Shown here: positions 1 through 11,700 of the stretch, piece after piece
How positions within the stretch are numbered: the first letter of the stretch is position 1
Layout of the letters: each line of letters begins with the position of its first letter
Assembly: GCA_004431415.1 (NCBI GenBank)
Contig: QPMI01000582.1
Location: 1 to 64,000, forward strand
DNA length: 64,000 bases
Source: Cyanophora paradoxa CCMP329
Lineage: Eukaryota; Plantae; Glaucophyta
Direction of reading: 5' to 3'
Notes under the pieces: model-generated
What the model saw: the letters and a program-made list of their open reading frames with translations, nothing else
What the model was told of the DNA's origin: nothing
The model's database searches: none
Translations under genes and position numbers: made by a program

Positions 1-1
1 T

Positions 2-3000
2 GCGAGGAATGAGCCGTTTGGGTTTTTATCTCCAAATGATGTCCACCAGAAAAAGCCATCAATTACCATCAACAGCAGCCCCACTCAACCAGTAGCAATC
101 CATTTACATCCTGATCTTGTCGAAATGGATAGGCACCTTTTACCTTTGGTCACAAACACAAAAGACCTTGGAATCAGGACGAGGCAGTGGCGAAATATCC
201 ATGAAGCAATGTGTATGCCAATGGTGAGAAGCTTGTCAGTGAGAAAACTATAAAGGGAAATCTTTGAGCATTACGGTCCTGTTCCTGTCCCCTTTCCGCT
301 TCCGTGGGATCCACCTGACTTACACCAAAGAAGCAACCAGGGAGGGAATACACAGCAGAGGAAAATGTAGCCTTTGGGCAGCACATAGTTAGCTGGGAAA
401 AAGTCAGAAACAAACCAGTATTTACAGATTACAAACAACCAGCTGAGGAGCTTTTATCACCAGATGTAAATGTTATACCTTGAAGATAGGCGATTTGAAG
501 AGGATAATGTCTTACCAGATGGTTTCGACCCAAATCTTGTAACTTATGATCGCTACGAGCCTTTTGATGAGCAGCTTTTACCTGATGGTTTCGCACCTGA
601 TCTATTCGATTTCATAGTGGATTGGGAGGACATTCGAAATAACCACAAACATATCCACCTGATCCCCATGGCCATGATTGGGACGAAATCGAGAATAAAC
701 CTGATAGATTTCCACCTGTGGATCATAGGCATGATTGGGGAGAAATCGATGGATACCAGAAGAATTTCCACCAGCAGACCATAGACACACTTGGGACGAA
801 ATTGATGTACCAGAATTGTTCCCACAGAAGACCACAGACACGATTGGGATGAAATCGACCAGCAACCTACTTGCATCAGCAGGTAATGCTGTGAATGATG
901 GGCTACATGGTGTGAGTCTGTATAAAAATATAGACACAGAAGAACGATTACTATTAGATACATATTATGTCAATCGCCACGGAATTAATGCTGGAACCAC
1001 AATGGAAGGCGAACTCTATATTAGACCACCTACAAGAGTTAATTTAGTGGCAGCTGGTGGAGGTGTTGAAATAAAAGACACCAAACCAGGTATCTATTTA
1101 ACAAGTTACTACCTGACGACATCCAATGACAGCAACATTACCACCTATACCATCTCTTCCAGCCAATCCAATTAATTATGTAGACAAAGATGCGACTCTT
1201 CAGATTAATGTGACTGATGTTAGCGCTTTTGATGGATCAAGACCAAAGCTAATATTTAGCCGAGAACGGCTCTTACCTGATGATTTAGTTGGAGATCGAG
1301 ACGATTACAAGCAATGTGAGATAGGGTGGAAGAAAACGAACTATAATGATGTTGATAAGCAAGGTGTTTTAGAAAAAATCAGAGAGCAGCAGCAAAAAAC
1401 ATACACAACGAAACTATATCGAGAATTGTACAGAGGATTATTTAGAAAATAAGACACTACATAGATGGAACAGAACTCTCAACTATACTCAATGATTATG
1501 TAACAGAAACTGAATATATTGCCAACAACTGGCAGCAGCATTAATACCCTATGTTACAGAGACTGAGTTTGATGCTGAACTCGCTAAATATTTACCACTG
1601 ACAGGTGGCACCATTACAGGTGATCTTACAGTCAATAGAGAATTGGAGGTAAAGGATAAGATTGTTATAGGGAACAATGAGATTTCAAGAGCACCTTTAA
1701 ACTTCTTAAATTTCGATGTTGGGGGTTTGTCTCATTGCCTTCTAAGATTTAATGCGAGTTTGGATGATGCTTGGGAAAATAATGTACTGGTCTATGAGCT
1801 TGTTAATAAAGCAAATGCTAATGTTATTCAAAAACTGATACAGTCAGGAAGTGTAGTATTCAAGAGTTCAGGAGGTCCTAATAACAAACCCTTCTATGAT
1901 GTAGCAGACACAAATAGCTTCTCTACTTTCCGTTATTCCTTCACTTCTACAAATTCAGCAGGCTATGAAACCATCGATTTCAGTGGAGGGATAACTGTCG
2001 CATTTGTGATTAAGTTAAGAAGCGCTGAACCGCTTGAACCTATTTTACAGTTTGATGGGTCTTCTACACTTGTAGTAATGGGCAAATTTGGAGTATTTCC
2101 AAAGGTCAATGGGGTGATGGTTTCGTTTTGAACATCAGCAAATTAGACAATCTACTTTCAGGGTTCCACTCACAATTGACGAAGTAGATTCTTGGACAAT
2201 CTATGACATCACAATCACAAGCACATTCGTAAAAGTGGGTGTTAATGCGAAAGAAGAGACAGACCTTTTCGATTACAAATGGTTCTCATCTGCCCCGAAA
2301 TGATGTAAAGTATGTATATTTGGGAAGTCAATACTCAAAATTTGACCTGTGCGAATTCTATTGTTTCACAAGAGCCTTAACAGCTGCTGAGCTATATAAT
2401 TTACGATGGTATCTTCATCAATTCTACGGATTTGTGGAAGACCCTTCAAACCCAATACCAAGAGATGATAATAAACTACTCATCAAGACTCAGGAACTAC
2501 AAGTAACAGGGATGAACTTAGCAACCACCAATGGTGTAGTAGCATTATTGACAGATCGCACAACCTCGAATGTTGTAAGAGGATGGTTAAATGAATACAC
2601 CACTTCAAATGTTGTGAGGGGTTGGATAGCAGATTCAGAAGCGTTGTTAGATAACTACTTACCATTAACAGGTGGAACAATCACAGGAAATCTTAACGTG
2701 AGCAATCAAGGAAACACTGACAGCAAACTCAAAATATATGAGAACACTTTCAAATTGGATTATTTGGATGTTTCGACGTTTAATGTCCTTTCTGTTCTTA
2801 ATGTTTTCGTTTGGGTCAGAGCAAGGGACAATATGAAAGATGGAACGATAGTGAGTGGACTTGGAACGGAGCAGGAGACGTTTGGTTTGATAATAACCCT
2901 GAGACACCGAATTTTCTTCTTGGGTTTGGTAATGTTGCTGGGAACTCGACACAAATTAAGAATAATGGAGGTCCTAACAACAAACCTTATTTTAATTCGT

Positions 3001-6000
3001 ATCCTACAATTAACTTCAACTTTTCAGCCTATAATACGTGGGGGCTGAGTGTGAACTTTTCATGAGCCAAACTTCACAGCAACATTTAACTGTGTTTTTC
3101 GTCGCGAAATTCACAGATACAGCACCTCCAAATGTAGAGAACGTTTTATCTTTGAGTTATGGAACCACAAATTGGAGCATCAATAAATGGAACAATGGTG
3201 CGACTTGTTATATTCAGGTTTCTAATGGGGTTGGAGCAGCAGGATTAGGTGAAAGCACTTCACCAAGTAACGCAAAAGCAGAAATTACATACTCCGAAAT
3301 GACGACATGGACACTCTACGAAGTAACAGTCTCTCCTTCCACTGTTACATTTGGGATCAATGGTAGCAATAGAAGTGTTGAAAATGTTACAAAACATGTT
3401 CCCCAATAACCTTGTTACTGAAAGTCGTATTGGCTCTTCAACCTCCAAACAAGATTTAGCAGAGCTAATAGTGATTATTAAACCAACAACAGAAATCGTG
3501 AAGGACAACATACGAAGTTATCTCCTCCAAAAATACGGCTATCCTGAGCCATTGGACAATCCTTTCGCCAGTGACCCTAACAAACTTCTTCTCCAAACAA
3601 ACAGCCTTCGAGTAACAGGAAGTCTTATAGCTAACAACCTCCAATATACAGCACCAGCACCAGGAGGTGGTTTTATTATCAAAGATTTCCAAACAAGCTC
3701 AAGTCTTCAAGAGGCAGAAATAACTGCCATCAATGCCCAGATTACACAGATACAAGAAAGCATAGACAGTATCAATACCAATATAGAACCTTTAACCACT
3801 TCCAATGTAGTTCACGAATGGGTAGCTCCACTGACTGCTTCCAATGTAGTTCAGGAATGGATAGCCCCACTCACCTCATCTAATGTGGTACAGGAATGGA
3901 TAGCCCCGTTGACTTCTTCTAATGTAGCTCAAGAGTGGATAGCCCCATTGACTGCTTCCAATGTGGTTCAGGAATGGATAGCCCCATTGACATCTTCCAA
4001 TTTAGTTCAAGAGTGGTTAGCTCCCAAGGCTGATACAGAAACCGTAAATTCCCGAATAGCCCTGCTGACATCTTCCAATACAGTTCAGGGCTGGTTAATC
4101 CCCAAGGCTGATACAGAAACCGTAAATTCCCAAATAGCCCTGCTGACGTCTTCCAACACAGTTCAGGGCTGGTTAATCCCCAAGGCTGATACAGCAGCTG
4201 TAATTCCCAAATAGCCCTGCTGACATCCTCCAACACAGTTCAAGCTTGGTTAGCCCCAAAGGCTGAGACTGCCTTTGTTAATTCCAAGTAGCCCTGCTGA
4301 CCTCTTCCAACACAGTTCAGGGCTGGTTAGCTCCCAAGGCTGATACGGCTACAGTCAATACCCAAATATCTCCACTCACATCCTCAAATATAGTTCAGAG
4401 CTGGTTGAGTGACTATTTGCCCAAATCAGGAGGGACTATCACATCCAATCTTTCTGTTTCGGGCAGCCTTTACACAAATAACATAAGAAGTGGTAGCCAA
4501 TCCATAGACTTGGTTCTAATCCAAAACTTGATACCTCCCTGGAACGCCTTTCAGCATACACAAATCCACTGTCTACACCAAACTGTGTATTCCACTGGTA
4601 TCCTTTAAATGAGCCATCAGGCACAGCAATACCAGAACTTACCAATAGGGCATCTGGGCAACCCAATGCTTTGCCTTCTTGGCTTAAAGTGTCAACTGGG
4701 GCCTTCGTGCTGAGTGCCTCTTTAATCAATGGGAATAAACTATTTGGGGTTACAGGGGTAACAACCTATTTGGCGCAACCAAGTCCCTACATAGCAAACC
4801 CATTCAGCAATGGGATGACAATGTTCTCTGTGAGAAGGAACTATTCAACCTCTGCAGTCCTTCAGCTCATCTAACCATTACAGTGACCCTACATCAAGTA
4901 GAAATATAAGATTCGGAACCACAGGAGAAACATCTATTGGAATAACGAGTTATCAAACAAATGGAGTGTATCAAGCAACTTCCACAGCATCCACAGCCAC
5001 GAGCTTTTACAACAATTGGACTTTGTTTGACTATCATGTCACTTCAACCGTAACCACAGTAGGCATCAATAGTGTTGATTTATCCCCCACATTATCTGGC
5101 AACTACAATTTAAGTGAAGTGGCAAATCTCACAATCCAAAAGATTGGGATAGAAAGCTTCCAAGGACAAATGGCAGAAATAATCATTTACAATCGGGCTC
5201 TATCAGCTGATGAGAAGGGCTTTATCCGCTACTATCTATCACAAAAGTATGGTCTGAGCAACCCAATTCCCCAAATCAGCCCAGCCTACTCCTCAAATGA
5301 GTTCCTACAGGTGTCCACCCCCAATCTTATACTTAATAAGCTGACTGTGAATAGCAATGTAGCCTTGCCAAATATCCCCACATCAAACATTGTTCAAAAC
5401 TGGCTTCAACCTTACACCACTTCAAATGTCGTTCAAGCATTGATAGCTGAAAAAATTAATCCACAACTTGTTACTTCAAATGTTACAAGGGACTGGCTCA
5501 GCAGCTATCTGCCCCGAACGGGAGGTACAATAACATCAAACCTTGTAGTTTCAAGCAACCTTTACACTCCTTCAATCATAAATGGTGAGCAGTCCATCAA
5601 GTTCTATCCAATTTCTACATCGCCACCAATTGACCAGCTCCTTTCATATACTAATCCACTTTTCACATCCAATTGTGTGTTCCACTGGTACCCAAATTCA
5701 ACTGATGTCAATGGCTCGTTGTTAGAAACAATGGTCAACAGAGCAGAAGGGCTCCCACTTGCCTTACCAAACATGAGCCCTGGGTTCACTTTATCCAAGA
5801 ACTCAATAAGCAGTGGGACAGCATTGAATGGAAATAAATACATGGTCAGCACAAGTAGTTCTTCTGGATATCGGCATCAGTACACCACAGCATTATCAAA
5901 CATTTTTGCCAGTGGCATGACTGTATTTTCAGTGAGAAAGCACACTGCCACAGGTAACCAATCACATTTTGTAGTTACCAATGATGACACAAGTGACCCT

Positions 6001-6800
6001 ACATACGGGAGATATATCACACTGGGAGCAGTTAATGGAAATTCCCTGGTATTATCACTTCCACATTAACACAAGTCTCAACAACAAGCTTCTTGAATTC
6101 TTGGGGGTTGTTCGACTTTCAATTAACCCCTACAACACTAACTATGGGGTTGAATGGCGCAGATGTATCTCCCTCAATTACTGGAAGCTTCCTGTGGTCA
6201 AACACGCCAACCATAAAAATAAAGGAACTCTCATTCACTTCCTATGTAGGAGAGATAGCCGAAGTTGTAATTTTTAATCGGGCTTTATCTCCAACTGAAA
6301 AGAGTTTCATGAGATATTACTTTAAGCTCAAATTTGGGCTTGACTTTCCATACACTTATCCCGAAACATACACTCAGCTCTCAGCAAATCTTTTGGTAGA
6401 CAAGCTCAGTGTGAACACCAATGTTTACGCAAGGTCTTTCTATGAGGTGGCCACTGGAACTACAAATAGTCTAAGTAAAATCCTGACATGGAATGAAATC
6501 AGGCAAAGATTTCTATCTGGGACTTTCCAGATGAGTATAGGACCCCTCAACGCCAATAGCCGTGGAGAAGCCACTTATATTTTAAATTGGAACCCAGCAT
6601 TCAACACGAAACCACCTGTCATTAGTTTGGTAATGGAAGGAACCCCTGTGACAACCCAAGCGCTTGGCTATAAATTTGGATTATCGAATTCAAGTTCTAC
6701 CTCGTCCACAGTTCATGTTACCTTGCTAACTGATGCGACTGCTACAGCAAATACGACATATACCTTCACAATTCACTGGACAGCATATGGAATTCCGTGA
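2..6800 (+). pseudogene. Giant fibre/receptor-binding protein with four LamG/ConA-like domains and a C-terminal H-lectin/gp53-like domain, broken into many ORF fragments
   Basis: Fibre motifs LLPLVTNTKDLGIRTRQW (~135-190) and YLP(L/K/R)(T/S)GGTIT x4 (~1589, 2656, 4414, 5506). LamG-type C-terminal motifs: LCEFYCFTRALT, LAELIVI, GQMAEIIIYNRALS, GEIAEVVIFNRALS. Terminal AFNTKPPVI...IHWTAYG. Consecutive ORFs overlap in different frames (decay or sequencing indels). Confidence 0.7.
3790..4410 (+). repeat. Coding tandem repeats in the fibre gene: about six 39-bp units (LTSSNVVQEWIAP), then about five 75-bp units (KADTETVNSQIALLTSSNTVQGWLxP)
   Basis: Seen directly in the DNA and in ORF 3351..4214. 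Confidence 0.9.
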
Positions 6801-6839
6801 TGAAGCTTTATTTTTCTATCCTTCTTAATAAAAGAAGTA

Positions 6840-7685
6840 ATGGGCGAATATAATCGAGTCCAATTACCAGTTTACGCATTGGGGAGTCCAGCAATTCATT
6901 TTAGACAACATGAAGTGTCTGATGAAGTTCGTGGAATGGAATCAACAGAACGGGCAAATTCAGGTAATGCTTTTGACAAGAATAGTATGATTCGTGTAAA
7001 AGAACTGAGAGCTGATAAAAATTCGGGAGTGGTGAAAACAACTCAACTACTTGTAACAAATGCGAATTTTCAATCAGCAAATGGACAACCTGATGCGTAT
7101 GGTGTAGATATCAAAGCATTTGAATTTGACAATACAAGGGCTGCTGCTGTTATAAGATCAGGAGGAGCAATAATTGGTGGTGGCTGTAGAGTATCGGGAA
7201 TGCTTGGCTCTTCTGCTGCCTTTAATGATTTTCCGGACACTTTACCTGAACATGCTGATAATCCCCAAAGAATTCGCATGTTTCTTCCATGCGGGGATTC
7301 CCCGTATGCTTTTGGTATCATTAGAGCTAATGTAAATACGCAAAATGCCACTCAACCCCAAGGTATTGCCGGACCATGGAAATTGGCTAATCAGCTTCTA
7401 CCAAAGGCAATGTATTCTATGTGTCGCTCTCAGAATGGAGGATTAGAAGGTTATACTTTCTTTGTTCAAGCAGTAGGCCATGGTGGGCGTGGATGGATCA
7501 CAAGAAATCCTGCTACACAACCAAACAGTTTCGATTTTTGGGCATCAGAGGTAGGGGGTTATGATATTTTAATTTTTGGATATCGTAATGATGAAGCAGC
7601 ATGGGCTGTTGCCAACTGTATAAATCCTGATTCGCAAGTATCGAATTTCTATAATGAACCATTCCCGAATGATCCCATTCCGTAA
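6840..7685 (+). CDS. Viral structural/fibre-like protein, paralogue 1 (281 aa)
   Basis: Intact ATG ORF. Shares KELRxDKNxGVVKTTxLLVTNANF, SGGAxIGxGxRVxG and the terminal DP(I/L)P with the next ORF. C-terminal LP...VQ...GYRND pattern of phage/giant-virus fibre tips. Confidence 0.7.
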   Translation: MGEYNRVQLPVYALGSPAIHFRQHEVSDEVRGMESTERANSGNAFDKNSMIRVKELRADKNSGVVKTTQLLVTNANFQSANGQPDAYGVDIKAFEFDNTRAAAVIRSGGAIIGGGCRVSGMLGSSAAFNDFPDTLPEHADNPQRIRMFLPCGDSPYAFGIIRANVNTQNATQPQGIAGPWKLANQLLPKAMYSMCRSQNGGLEGYTFFVQAVGHGGRGWITRNPATQPNSFDFWASEVGGYDILIFGYRNDEAAWAVANCINPDSQVSNFYNEPFPNDPIP

Positions 7686-7704
7686 TTATGTTTCAGTATA
7701 TTAA

Positions 7705-8550
7705 ATGGCAGCACCAGCACCACCAGAGCGCATTTTAACAGCGCAACTATCATTAGCTGCTCCAGCTAACCACGTCTTACAGCATGCTATTATTGATAAT
7801 ATTGATGGTCTCGAATCCACAGAGATAGCCCCAACCCTAAATACTTTTGGGGACACTCACATGCTAAGACTAAAAGAGTTAAGATGTGACAAAAATAATG
7901 GGGTCGTTAAAACTACTAAACTTCTTGTAACAAATGCGAATTTCAACGCATTTCATGGGGATCCTGATAGTTACAATGATGATAACAAGGTAACCAATTT
8001 TGCCTACGAAGCAAGAAGGGGAGCAATTAAATGTAGGTCAGGAGGTGCCTATATTGGAGATGGTTTAAGGGTTGGTGGAATTATTGGAGCGCCTTTATTA
8101 ATAAATGATCAACCCAATCCAGATGATCTGAATACAAGAATCAGGACATATGTCCCGGGAATGAATGAGCCTTACATTATCAAAATCAACACAATCATTA
8201 TCAACCTTCAGACTGCTGTTCTTGATGTTTTAGAGCCTTTGGGAAATCATTATAGATATACTGAGACGTTGCCTGCTGATATTTACGCATTATGTAGAAG
8301 AACAGATGGAGCAAGACCCCGTATTACTGTCCAAGTAGTCCCAGTAGATAATTTCGGACTTGCTTTCCATTCACTGCCACTTCTTGACACACAAGATGAC
8401 CAATATATTATAAGAGCTACCCAGCAAGGGACTTACACAGTGATAATGTATGCTGAAAGAAATGATGAAATAGCCAGAGGAAATAGATATGGTCAATATC
8501 TAACCACAAATTTATACAATCCCATTGGAGGAAGTGACCCTTTGCCATAA
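7705..8550 (+). CDS. Viral structural/fibre-like protein, paralogue 2 (281 aa)
   Basis: Intact ATG ORF 19 bp after paralogue 1, with the same shared blocks. C-terminal LPADIY...ITVQVVPV...YAERND. Confidence 0.7.
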   Translation: MAAPAPPERILTAQLSLAAPANHVLQHAIIDNIDGLESTEIAPTLNTFGDTHMLRLKELRCDKNNGVVKTTKLLVTNANFNAFHGDPDSYNDDNKVTNFAYEARRGAIKCRSGGAYIGDGLRVGGIIGAPLLINDQPNPDDLNTRIRTYVPGMNEPYIIKINTIIINLQTAVLDVLEPLGNHYRYTETLPADIYALCRRTDGARPRITVQVVPVDNFGLAFHSLPLLDTQDDQYIIRATQQGTYTVIMYAERNDEIARGNRYGQYLTTNLYNPIGGSDPLP

Positions 8551-8660
8551 ATGTTGAGGGCGTTGGAAATTCTTTCTAAACCCCTACTGGTGCCAAAAAG
8601 ACATGATTAATACCCTAAGACCTGAAATAAATGCTTACTACCCTAGTACCTGAAACGCGC

Positions 8661-8735
8661 ACACATAGGGATACCCCTGATCCAAGCCTGTAGGCCGAAG
8701 GCCGGAGGGCTTGGATCAGGGGTATCCCTATGTGT
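8661..8735. repeat. Terminal hairpin of the virus-like element
   Basis: ACACATAGGGATACCCCTGATCCAAGCC (8661-8688) and its exact reverse complement (8708-8735). The 19-nt loop contains GGCC-GAA-GGCC. Preceded by direct repeats TACCCTAAGACCTGAAA (8611-8627) and TACCCTAGTACCTGAAA (8639-8655). Confidence 0.95.
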
Positions 8736-11700
8736 CGCGGCGTCGAAGGCCGCCCAGCCCTGGGTGCGCGCGTTGTCCTTGTCGAGGGTGCCGGCCGCGG
8801 GGCGGTCGGCCGCGGCGATCTGGTACAGCGACTCGGCGCTGGCGTCGCTCTTCGAGTACGCGTGCGAGTCGGAGGTCGACTGGACAGACTGCAGGTAAAC
8901 TGCGGCACGATCACGTGGTCAGGCATCGATATCTAGATTGATGGTTTGAGTTCTGATCGTCAGACAGGACCCGGAGCGCACCCTTGAAGAGAGCGGTGCC
9001 GTCATTGTCCTGGATCTCGCCACTAGATCACGCACGAAAAATGAAGCGATCAGACAGAGACATAGAAGATGAAACGAGCGCATTGATATCTAGAGCACGC
9101 ACCCGAGGTCGCCAGGGCCAGTCCAGGTGAACACGCCGCTGTCGGCGTCGATGTCGTCGAGAGAGACGACGGGCTTGTACGGGTCGCAGGGGTTGGTGGT
9201 GAAAAAGGAGGTCGGGCTCGCGGCGCTGCACTTCTCCGCGTTGCAGGCGATGAAGCGGAGCTCGTACTTTGCGTTCTTCGTCAGACCCGACTGCGTGTGC
9301 GGGATCACCGCCGCCGCCCCCGTCAGTGTGGGGTCGAGGGCGCCGGTGGACGACCAGGTCTCGGACGGCTCAATGCTCGTGTTGGCAGGGATGTGGCGCC
9401 ACTCGACTGCGGCGCAGCCAAGTTAAATAAAAGCGCAAGAGCAAATTTTCAGAGGCTGGAAAGTCTCAAGATGCGCGACGCACAAGTGATGCTGACGATC
9501 TGGCTGCCATCGCTGGCGTCGCCATCGTCGCCGACGGCGCCGTCGGGCAGGCTGAAGATGGCGGTATCGCAGGTGTTGTCCTTGGCAGCGCCGTTGGGAG
9601 CCTTCAGGCCCGACGGCTTCTCGGCCGACGTTGGCCCTCGCTTGCTCGCCTCGGACGAGTTTTTGCCGCTGTCGCACGCGCCGACCTTGATCTTGAACAG
9701 GTAGCTGCGAGACACGCTGCCGTGAGCGAACAGCAAAGCGAATCCACTCGCGCGAGATCGCACCTGACGCCGGGGTCGAGAGCGGTGATGTTGGCCTGGA
9801 TCGTGGAGGTCTGGCCAGGGGTCGGCACGGGGATGGCGATCCAGCCATCCTCGTCCCTGAAGCACGGGCCGCCGTTCTCGCAGTTCGGGTGGTTGACCGC
9901 CGCCGTCATGTCGACCACGTCGGGGTCGGTCTCGGTCTTGGTGGCCTGGAGGTAGTACGTGCAGATGACCTGGTCCACGCCGCCGGCCTTTGGGCTCTCG
10001 TGCGAGCCGTAGCCGTCAGGCACCGGGGCCCTGCCGCACACGGGGTGTCAAGCGGAAGCCCAGAGTGCGAGATCGACGCTGGACCGGAGCTGGCGAACCA
10101 GGCGAGGTCGACCTTGCCGGGTTCTCATCGTCCTTCGCCTCGGTGATCGACGCATCGTCCACGGGCTGCGGGTTGACGACAGGGACGGTCCAGTTCACGG
10201 GGAGCGGCGTCGACGAGAGCCCGGCAGCGTTCGTCACAACGACGGAGATGGTGATGTCCGTGCCGGGACCATCTGGCAGACCAGCGGCGTGCTAGGGACC
10301 GAGCAATCGCTTGCAGCGGGGTCGCAGACCGCATCCGCATATGTCTCGCCGTTCGTCTGTCCCTTGATGGTGTACTGCGAGCTGTGTGAGGCGATGCGCA
10401 GGAGCCGTGGAACGGATCTGGATCACAAGAACGAAAGACTAGGCTACATGAGCTAGAAAGTGGAGACGCAGCACCTTGTAGGATGCGACAGCGGAGCCGC
10501 CATTGTCAGTAGTCGCCAGCCAGGTGAAGTCGAAGCAGGTGTTGTAATCGCTGCGCATGCGCAAGAGAGTTTTATGCACCCGATCAATGCATGTAGACCA
10601 TTGCGCGTGCACATGCGCTGCAAAGATATTGTGAACACGCACGCGTTGGTGACAGCGATATCCTTTGGCGTGACCGGGAGCGGACGAATCGCTGAGCAGG
10701 CACATACATGTGAGCGAAAACGGGATCGCTGCAAGGCATGGTGAGGGGGTGGCGAAACGCACCATCGGGGGTGGACTTCTTGGTGCTCGCGGGGCTCGAG
10801 TCGAGGGCCGGAGCGCATTGGGTGCCCTGGTTGGCGACCACCGAGTAGGTGTATTCCGTCTTGGGGCTCAGGCCGACAACGTCGACCCGGACCTTGCTCT
10901 CGCCGTCCACAGTGGTCGGCTCGAGGCCGCCCCACTCGCAATCGTCATTGCCATCCGGGCACGGGGACATGGTCATGGTGTACGTGATGGAAGAGCAGCC
11001 GCCGTTCCAGCGGCGCGGGGTGTCCGTCGTGCTGTCGGAGAGGGGGAGCCACGAGACGGTGGCGGTCCACTTGCGCGAGGTGGTCTCCACGCCCGGCTGG
11101 CCGTCGTCGGTGGGGTCGTTGGTGTAGGTCACGCCGACGGTCACGCCGTCGGGGCGGACGTCTGCGCGAGTGTGAGACGCGCGCGCCGGGCGCTTGTGCA
11201 TTTAGATCTCTTCTTGTTTAATTTTCCAGCAGCACGCACTGTCGACGCGGATCTCGGAGGTCTCGCCATTGTTGGAGCCCGTCTCGGAGCCGCAGTCGGT
11301 CGGGCCGGCGATGGCCGTCACCTTGTAGTCGTGCTCGCTCCCTAAAATTTGCAAACTCAAGTAAGCAGAGAATTCGAGAATGCGAGTGCGAGGCTGAGCG
11401 CGCGGCCGTACCAGGCTCCAGCCCGCTGTCCGTCCAGCAGTAGCTGTATCCGGTCTTGCCGGTCAGGGCTGTGTCCGACACGGAGATCTTCGACGAGGTG
11501 ACCCCATCGGAATCGGGATCGCGCTGAATCTGATACTTGCAGATCTGGCGCGCGCATTGAGCCAATGAAAGTGAGAAAAGAGCACTTCAATAACGCAAGA
11601 ACCTTGTAGTTCGCGGGATCGCCGCCCTGAGCATCGAAGTCAGCTGCAGGCCCGGCGACCGTGCGCAAGCAGCGCGGCGGCCCCAGGACGCACGGCGTAA

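Larger units (their letters stand above)
1..8735 (+). mobile_element. Right-hand part of an endogenous virus-like element (Polinton-like virus/virophage/giant-virus type; class undetermined) inserted in a host exon
   Basis: Visibly AT-richer than the host (roughly 40% GC by eye), with intronless, closely packed same-strand ORFs carrying viral fibre motifs. Composition switches abruptly at 8735/8736, where a host minus-strand exon (...GWAAFDAA) is cut. No capsid, polymerase or integrase gene lies in the window. Confidence 0.75.

Noticed and set aside
6840-8550. Diversity-generating retroelement or capsid genes
   Set aside because: No reverse transcriptase or adenine-specific template/variable pair is seen, and no recognisable jelly-roll capsid motifs.
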